Positions 58,999 through 64,000 of a stretch of DNA of 64,000 bases are shown one piece after another (the stretch's first letter is position 1; each line of letters begins with the position of its first letter). Origin of the DNA: Candidatus Binataceae bacterium. Its GTDB lineage: Bacteria; Desulfobacterota; Binatia; Binatales; Binataceae. The DNA lies in assembly GCA_050736615.1 (NCBI GenBank), contig JBOHWL010000123.1:27384-91383 (forward strand), in the 5' to 3' direction. The translations under genes and the position numbers were made by a program. Below the pieces are notes generated by a model that was not told the origin of the DNA, ran no database searches, and saw only the letters and a list, made by a program, of their open reading frames with translations.

Positions 58999-60129
58999 AT
59001 GGCATCCACCGGAGCGAAAAAAACGGGGTCGAAAAAAACCGCGGCGCGTGAAGACCCGCTCGCGGAGCTGCGCGCCACCATCGACGAGATTAACGGCGCG
59101 ATCGTGCGGTTGCTGGCGGCGCGGGCGCAGGCGGCCCAGCGTATCGGCCATTTGAAGCAGCGCGACGGTGCGCCGATCGTGCAGCCGGCGCGCGAGCGCG
59201 AGGTGCTCGAACGGGTCGTCGCGCTAAATCCGGGACCGCTCGGCGCCGACCATTTGCGGCGTATTTTCACCGAGATCATCTCCGCCTGCACCGCGCTTGA
59301 ACGCACGATTCGGGTCGCCTACCTGGGCCCCGAGCATACCTATTCGCATGAAGCCGCGCGGCTGCGCTTCGGCGCCAGCGCCGGCTTCATCCCGCAGAGT
59401 TCAATCGCGGCGGTATTCGCCGCGCTCGACAACGAACGCGCCGAGTACGGGGTGGTGCCGGTGGAAAACTCCACCGAAGGTTCGGTCAGCCTCACGCTTG
59501 ACCTGCTGATCGACACATCGATGGTGATCGTGGGCGAAATCCTGCTGCCGATTCGCCATGCTCTGATGTCCCGGGAGGGCGACCCGGCCGCGCTCGCGCG
59601 CGTGGTGTCCCATCAGCAATCACTGGGACAATGCCGCGATTATCTCGCCGCCAACCTGCCGCATTGTGAACTCGAGGCGGTGTCCTCCAATAGCCAGGCG
59701 GCGCGGATGGCGGCGTCCGACGCGCGCCTGGGCGCGATCGCGTCGGTGGCGGCGGCCAAGGCCCATGAGCTCAAAATAATCGCCGAGAATATCCAGGACG
59801 TGGCGCATAACACCACCCGCTTTCTGGTTATCGGCCAGCATCCGGTGGCGCGCAGCGGCGCGGACAAGACCAGCCTGCTGTTCGCCGTGCCGGAGCGGGC
59901 CGGCGCGTTGCATGACGCGCTCAGCCTGTTCGCGCGCAATCGGATCAATTTGACCATGATCCAATCGCGGCCGCAGCGCGGGCGACAGTGGGCCTATATT
60001 TTTTTCGTCGATCTGCAGGGCCATCGCGATGACGCCCGGCTCAAGCGCGCGCTGGCGGCGTTGGAGCGGCGGGCGCTTTTTTTGAAAGTGCTGGGGTCGT
60101 ATCCTGAAGGCAGGGCGGCCGGCGGTTGA
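58999..60129 (+). CDS. pheA: Bifunctional chorismate mutase/prephenate dehydratase (P-protein)
   Basis: The CM domain is LRATIDEINGAIVRLLAARAQ. The PDT domain is VAYLGPEHTYSHEAA...VPVENSTEGSV. An ACT domain lies at the C-terminus. Confidence 0.88.
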   Translation: MASTGAKKTGSKKTAAREDPLAELRATIDEINGAIVRLLAARAQAAQRIGHLKQRDGAPIVQPAREREVLERVVALNPGPLGADHLRRIFTEIISACTALERTIRVAYLGPEHTYSHEAARLRFGASAGFIPQSSIAAVFAALDNERAEYGVVPVENSTEGSVSLTLDLLIDTSMVIVGEILLPIRHALMSREGDPAALARVVSHQQSLGQCRDYLAANLPHCELEAVSSNSQAARMAASDARLGAIASVAAAKAHELKIIAENIQDVAHNTTRFLVIGQHPVARSGADKTSLLFAVPERAGALHDALSLFARNRINLTMIQSRPQRGRQWAYIFFVDLQGHRDDARLKRALAALERRALFLKVLGSYPEGRAAGG

Positions 60130-60141
60130 AGCCGGCAGCCC

Positions 60142-61257
60142 GTGGTGCCAGCCTTGATAAAGCCTGAAGACCTCGTCCTGCCTTCCGTCGCGGCGCTTAA
60201 TCCGTATGAACCCGGCAAGCCGATCGAGGAGTTGCAACGCGAACTTGGGATCGGCGAGCCGGTCAAGCTTGCCTCCAATGAAAATCCGCTGGGGCCGTCA
60301 CCGCGCGCGCTCGCCGCGGTGCGCGCCGCCTTGCCCGAACTCAACCGTTATCCCGATGGCTCGAGTTGGGCGCTGCGCCATAAGATCGCCGCACGTCACG
60401 GCGTTGGCGCGGAGTGTATTTTCATCGCGGCGGGTTCGGTTGAAGTTCTGAACCTGCTCAGCTTTCTGTTCCTGCGCCCGGGTCTTAACGCGGTTTTTTC
60501 CGAGCACGCCTTTGCGATTTATGGGCTCGCGGCGGCGGCGGCCGGCGGCATCGGCCGCGCGGTGCCGATGAAGGCGGGCTACCATTTCGATCTCGACGCG
60601 ATCGCGGACGCGATCGACGCCAACACCCGCATCGTCTTTCTGGATAATCCCAACAATCCATGCGGCACAATCTTTCGGCGCTCCCAATGGGAGGCGTTTC
60701 TACGCCGCGTGCCCGAGCACGTGGTGATCGTCGCCGACGAGGCCTATTTCGAGTTCGTGCGCGATCCCGGCTATCCGGATTCGCTGCGCTACCATGACGA
60801 CGCGCGCATGATCGTAACGATGCGCACCTTTTCCAAAATTTTCGGCCTGGCCGGCCTGCGCGTCGGTTACGCCGTGGCGCGTCCGGAACTGGTGCGCCTG
60901 CTCAACAACGTGCGCCAGCCGTTTAACGTCACTTCGCTCGGGCAGACCGCCGTGATGGCGGCGTTGGACGACGAGGACCATGTGCGCGACACCCTGCGCG
61001 TTAACGCCGAGGGCATGACTTATCTCGAACGCGAGTTCCAGCGGCTCGGGATCGGCTACGTGTCGAGTCATGCCAACTTCATCTTGGCCGACGTCGGCGA
61101 CGGCCGCACGGTGTTTGATCGGCTGCTTCATCTGGGCGTGATTGTGCGGCCGATGGGCGGCTACAAGCTGCCGCGCCATGTGCGGATAAGCGTGGGGCTG
61201 GCGGAGGAAAATCGCCGGCTGGTGGTCGCGCTCGAACAAGTGATGACGACGCGCTAG
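60142..61257 (+). CDS. hisC: Histidinol-phosphate/aromatic aminotransferase (class II PLP aminotransferase)
   Basis: LNPYEPGKP...KLASNENPLGPSP...MRTFSKIFGLAGLRVGY contains the PLP-binding Lys. Sits in an aromatic-amino-acid gene neighbourhood. Confidence 0.85.
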   Translation: MVPALIKPEDLVLPSVAALNPYEPGKPIEELQRELGIGEPVKLASNENPLGPSPRALAAVRAALPELNRYPDGSSWALRHKIAARHGVGAECIFIAAGSVEVLNLLSFLFLRPGLNAVFSEHAFAIYGLAAAAAGGIGRAVPMKAGYHFDLDAIADAIDANTRIVFLDNPNNPCGTIFRRSQWEAFLRRVPEHVVIVADEAYFEFVRDPGYPDSLRYHDDARMIVTMRTFSKIFGLAGLRVGYAVARPELVRLLNNVRQPFNVTSLGQTAVMAALDDEDHVRDTLRVNAEGMTYLEREFQRLGIGYVSSHANFILADVGDGRTVFDRLLHLGVIVRPMGGYKLPRHVRISVGLAEENRRLVVALEQVMTTR

Positions 61258-61282
61258 GAAAGCTCCGCACAATCGGAAGATG

Positions 61283-61315
61283 CTGTCATTCTTCACCGCG
61301 TTCAGGAATGATACA
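61283..61315. repeat. Short remnant of the palindromic repeat family (GTCATTCTTCACCGCGTTCAGGAATGAT)
   Basis: Mini-palindrome with the family's terminal sequence, immediately after the hisC stop. Confidence 0.45.
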
Positions 61316-61435
61316 AGGATTTATCAAAGTTTCCCTGGCCGATTTCGCCGGCGCCGCGAGTTTCGTCCGCCATTTCCGCTCGGCGCGCTGGCGTTGCCTT
61401 CGCCGATGTGCTACGTTTGTTTTTCTACTCACCGA

Positions 61436-62299
61436 ATGGTCCCGCTGTTCAGGCAAATCACCATCTGCGGAGTCGGCCTTATCGGCGGCTCGTTGGCGCT
61501 CAACGTGCGCGCGGCCGGTTTGGCCGAGCGTATCGTTGGCTTTGGACGTACGCGCTCCAATCTGGAAGTCGCGCGCGCACGCGGTCTGGCCGACGCGTTG
61601 ACCGACAACGCGGCGACGGCGGCACGCGGCGCCGACCTCGTGGTGCTGGCGACCCCGATCATGAGCTTCACGCCAGTATTGCGCGCGATGATCCCGTATC
61701 TGCCCGAGGAGGCGTTGATAACCGACGTTGGCAGCGTCAAGGGCTGGGTGGTGCGCGAACTGGAAGCGCTGCTGGGACCGGGCATGGCGCTGGTTGGAGC
61801 GCATCCGATCGCCGGCAAGGAGACCACCGGCGCGGCGGCGGCCGACGCCGCCCTGTTTGCCGGCCGCCGCGTGATCGTGACGCCGTCGGCGCGCAGCACG
61901 CCCGCGGCGGTGGAAAAAATTGAAACGCTGTGGCGTGCCACCGGCGCACGAGTGGAACGGATGACCCCGGAGTTGCACGACGCGCTGCTGGCGCGTGCGA
62001 GCCATCTGCCGCAATTGGCCGCCAGCGCGCTGGCGGCGGCGCTTGATGAGGAGCGCGTGGAGGGACGCTGGGCGGCCGAATACGGCGCCGGCGGTCTGCG
62101 CGACACCACGCGTATCGCGGCTTCTTCGGCCGCGATGTGGCGCGACATTTGCTTGACCAATCGTGAAGCACTAAGGGCGGCGGCGCGGCTGTTTCGCGGC
62201 GTCTTCGAAGAATTCGAACGGGCGCTGGACGAGAGCGACGGCGAGGCGCTGCGCGCGCTGTTCGAGCGTGGGCGCGCGATGCGGGAGCGGCTCCCATGA
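61436..62299 (+). CDS. tyrA: Prephenate dehydrogenase
   Basis: ITICGVGLIGGSLALNV is the Rossmann motif. ...DVGSVKG...GAHPIAG... are TyrA features. The upstream extension of ORF 61280 overlaps the repeat and is rejected. Confidence 0.85.
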   Translation: MVPLFRQITICGVGLIGGSLALNVRAAGLAERIVGFGRTRSNLEVARARGLADALTDNAATAARGADLVVLATPIMSFTPVLRAMIPYLPEEALITDVGSVKGWVVRELEALLGPGMALVGAHPIAGKETTGAAAADAALFAGRRVIVTPSARSTPAAVEKIETLWRATGARVERMTPELHDALLARASHLPQLAASALAAALDEERVEGRWAAEYGAGGLRDTTRIAASSAAMWRDICLTNREALRAAARLFRGVFEEFERALDESDGEALRALFERGRAMRERLP

Positions 62300-63009
62300 C
62301 GATGCGGCGGTCACGGCCGGTAATCGCGATCGACGGTCCGGTGGGCGCGGGCAAATCGACCGTGGCGGGCGAGCTGGCGCGCCGCCTGGATTTTGCCTAT
62401 GTCAACACCGGCGCGATGTACCGGGCGGTGGCGGTCGCGGCACGCGCGGCCGGCGTGCGTCCCGGCGACGTCGCCGAGGCCGAACTGGAAGCGGCGATGG
62501 CGCCGTTGCTGGATGAAATCGTGATTACATTTGATGGTGAGCGCGTGAAACTTGAGGGACGCGATATCACCATGGAAATCAGCCAGCCGGAAATCAGCGA
62601 CCTGGCTTCGCGGCTGTCGGCGCTGGGGGTGGTGCGCGCGCGGATGCGCGCGTTGCAGCGCGCGGCGGGTGAGGCGGGTGGCGTGGTGATGGAAGGCCGC
62701 GATATCGGCACGGCGGTGTTTCCCGACGCGGAAATAAAATTTTTTCTCGACGCGCACATCGACGTGCGCGCGCGGCGGCGATGGGCGGAGTTGCGGGCGC
62801 ACGGCTCCGCGTTGACATTCGCACAGGTGCGCGAGCAATTACGCGAACGCGACCAGCGCGATCAGCAGCGCCCACTGGCGCCGCTGCGCCGGGCCGCGGA
62901 CGCCGTCGTGATCGATTCGAGCGCGCTTGAGGCCGCGCGGGTGGTCGATGTGATGAAAGCCCGCGTGGACGCGGCTTCGCGCGTTTTACAGGGCTTGAAA
63001 CGTGGGTAG
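62296..63009 (+). CDS. cmk: Cytidylate kinase
   Basis: VIAIDGPVGAGKSTVAGELARRLDFAYVNTGAMYRAV. Start overlaps the tyrA stop. Confidence 0.9.
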   Translation: MTMRRSRPVIAIDGPVGAGKSTVAGELARRLDFAYVNTGAMYRAVAVAARAAGVRPGDVAEAELEAAMAPLLDEIVITFDGERVKLEGRDITMEISQPEISDLASRLSALGVVRARMRALQRAAGEAGGVVMEGRDIGTAVFPDAEIKFFLDAHIDVRARRRWAELRAHGSALTFAQVREQLRERDQRDQQRPLAPLRRAADAVVIDSSALEAARVVDVMKARVDAASRVLQGLKRG

Positions 63010-63062
63010 CTCCCTTGTATGGATTGCAGTAGCCTCGATGGCCTTTCGGAAGGTTCCACTAA

Positions 63063-64000
63063 ATGGAGAAAGAGTTGTCTGATAAAGCGAACGGAGGAAT
63101 GAATGATTTCGAGTCGCTGATGGAACAGAGCCTGCGCGCCCCGCGCCCGGGTGATGTGCTTACCGGCGTAGTGCTGCTCATCACACGCGATAACGTCATC
63201 ATTGACATTAACTACAAGTGCGAAGGCCAGGTGCCGCTCGCCGAGTTCCTGGACCACGAGGGTAAAGTCGCGGTCAAGGAAGGCGACGAGGTCGACGTTT
63301 ATTTCGAAGGCACTGAAACCGACAACGGCACGGTAGAGTTGTCGCACGCCAAGGCCGAGAAATTCAAAATCTGGCGTGAACTCGAGCACGCATTCCAGAG
63401 CGAAACCGCGGTTGAAGGTGTCATCCTGGGCAAAGTCAAAGGCGGCCTGCAGGTCGATATCGGCGTGCCCGCATTCCTGCCCGGTTCGCATGTCGATCTG
63501 CGGCCGGCGCGTAATCTTGACCGTTACGTCGGCCAGCGCGGCCGCTTCCAGATACTCAAGTTCAATCGCGCGCGCGGCAACGTCGTGGTCTCGCGCCGCA
63601 GCGTGATCGAACGCGAGCGAGCTTCGCTCAAGGAGCAGACGCTCACGGTGCTGGAAGAGGGCGTGATCCTCGAAGGTACGGTCAAGAATATCACCGACTA
63701 CGGCGCCTTCGTCGATCTCGGCGGCATTGATGGACTTCTGCATATCACCGATATGTCATGGGGGCGTCTGCAGCATCCCTCCGAGGTGCTCAAGGTTGGC
63801 GACAAGGTCAAGGTGGTCGTGCTCAAGTATGACGCCGCGCGTGAGCGGGTCTCGCTCGGGATGAAGCAGATCATGACCGACCCGTGGACCAAGGCGGCCG
63901 AGAATTATCCGGCCGGCGCGCGCTTCCGCGGCAAAGTGGTGAGCGTCACTGATTATGGCGCCTTCGTGGAGCTGGAAAAAGGCATTGAGGGCTTGATCCA
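63063..64000 (+). CDS. rpsA: 30S ribosomal protein S1 (N-terminal part; continues beyond the window)
   Basis: Manual translation gives MEKELSDKANGGMNDFESLMEQSLRAPRPGDVLTGVVL...GAFVDLGGIDGLLHITDMSWGR..., successive S1 domains. RBS GGAAGG sits 9 nt upstream of ATG 63063. Absent from the ORF track because no stop falls in the window. Confidence 0.85.
   Translation, partial: MEKELSDKANGGMNDFESLMEQSLRAPRPGDVLTGVVLLITRDNVIIDINYKCEGQVPLAEFLDHEGKVAVKEGDEVDVYFEGTETDNGTVELSHAKAEKFKIWRELEHAFQSETAVEGVILGKVKGGLQVDIGVPAFLPGSHVDLRPARNLDRYVGQRGRFQILKFNRARGNVVVSRRSVIERERASLKEQTLTVLEEGVILEGTVKNITDYGAFVDLGGIDGLLHITDMSWGRLQHPSEVLKVGDKVKVVVLKYDAARERVSLGMKQIMTDPWTKAAENYPAGARFRGKVVSVTDYGAFVELEKGIEGLI

Noticed and set aside
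61429-63743. Minus-strand ORFs 61429-62160 and 62862-63743
   Set aside because: Antisense to tyrA, cmk and rpsA, which have strong family signatures.
1-64000. CRISPR arrays, tRNA and rRNA genes
   Set aside because: The short repeats present are irregularly spaced palindromes, not direct repeats with unique spacers. No cloverleaf-like tRNA or rRNA signatures were recognised by eye. A tRNAscan/Infernal run would be needed to fully exclude small RNAs.

Overview
High-GC (about 65%) bacterial chromosomal window. It carries two conserved housekeeping blocks. The first is rimP-nusA-ylxR-infB-DUF503-rbfA-truB, followed by rpsO-pnp and an M16 peptidase. The second is rpmB, then mutL-miaA-accA-pheA-hisC-tyrA-cmk-rpsA. 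Between and around them are accessory and catabolic genes: alpha/beta hydrolases, LLM oxidoreductases, amidohydrolases, an epoxide hydrolase, and a fumarylacetoacetate hydrolase (FAH) / acetoacetyl-CoA synthetase / thiolase / HMG-CoA synthase (HMGCS)-like-DUF35 cluster. The truB-rpsO linkage, adjacent in most bacteria, is split by a roughly 7 kb insertion (Mo-oxidoreductase fusion, CocE hydrolase, beta-propeller protein, a low-GC islet with a solo HEPN-like gene). A second low-GC islet (34.65-35.69 kb) sits between a SAM methyltransferase and a diverged relic of that gene's 3' end. It encodes a translationally coupled two-gene module whose first product resembles the C-terminal ADP-ribosyltransferase-fold lobe of Tpt1/KptA, immediately next to a vapBC pair. 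This is the best candidate for an undescribed toxin/defence-like system. At least seven copies of a palindromic miniature inverted-repeat transposable element (MITE)-like repeat family (termini GTCATTCTGAGCG...CGCTCAGAATGAC, core hairpin GAATCCCGG...CCGGGATTC) occur in intergenic positions in both orientations, one inside the nusA-infB-rbfA operon. Also present: a DUF559 remnant in an inverted-repeat-bounded mini-element, a second PIN/Phd toxin-antitoxin (TA) pair, tandem paralogous lipoproteins, and a roughly 1050-aa secreted NHL-repeat protein. No rRNA, tRNA or CRISPR arrays were detected by eye.
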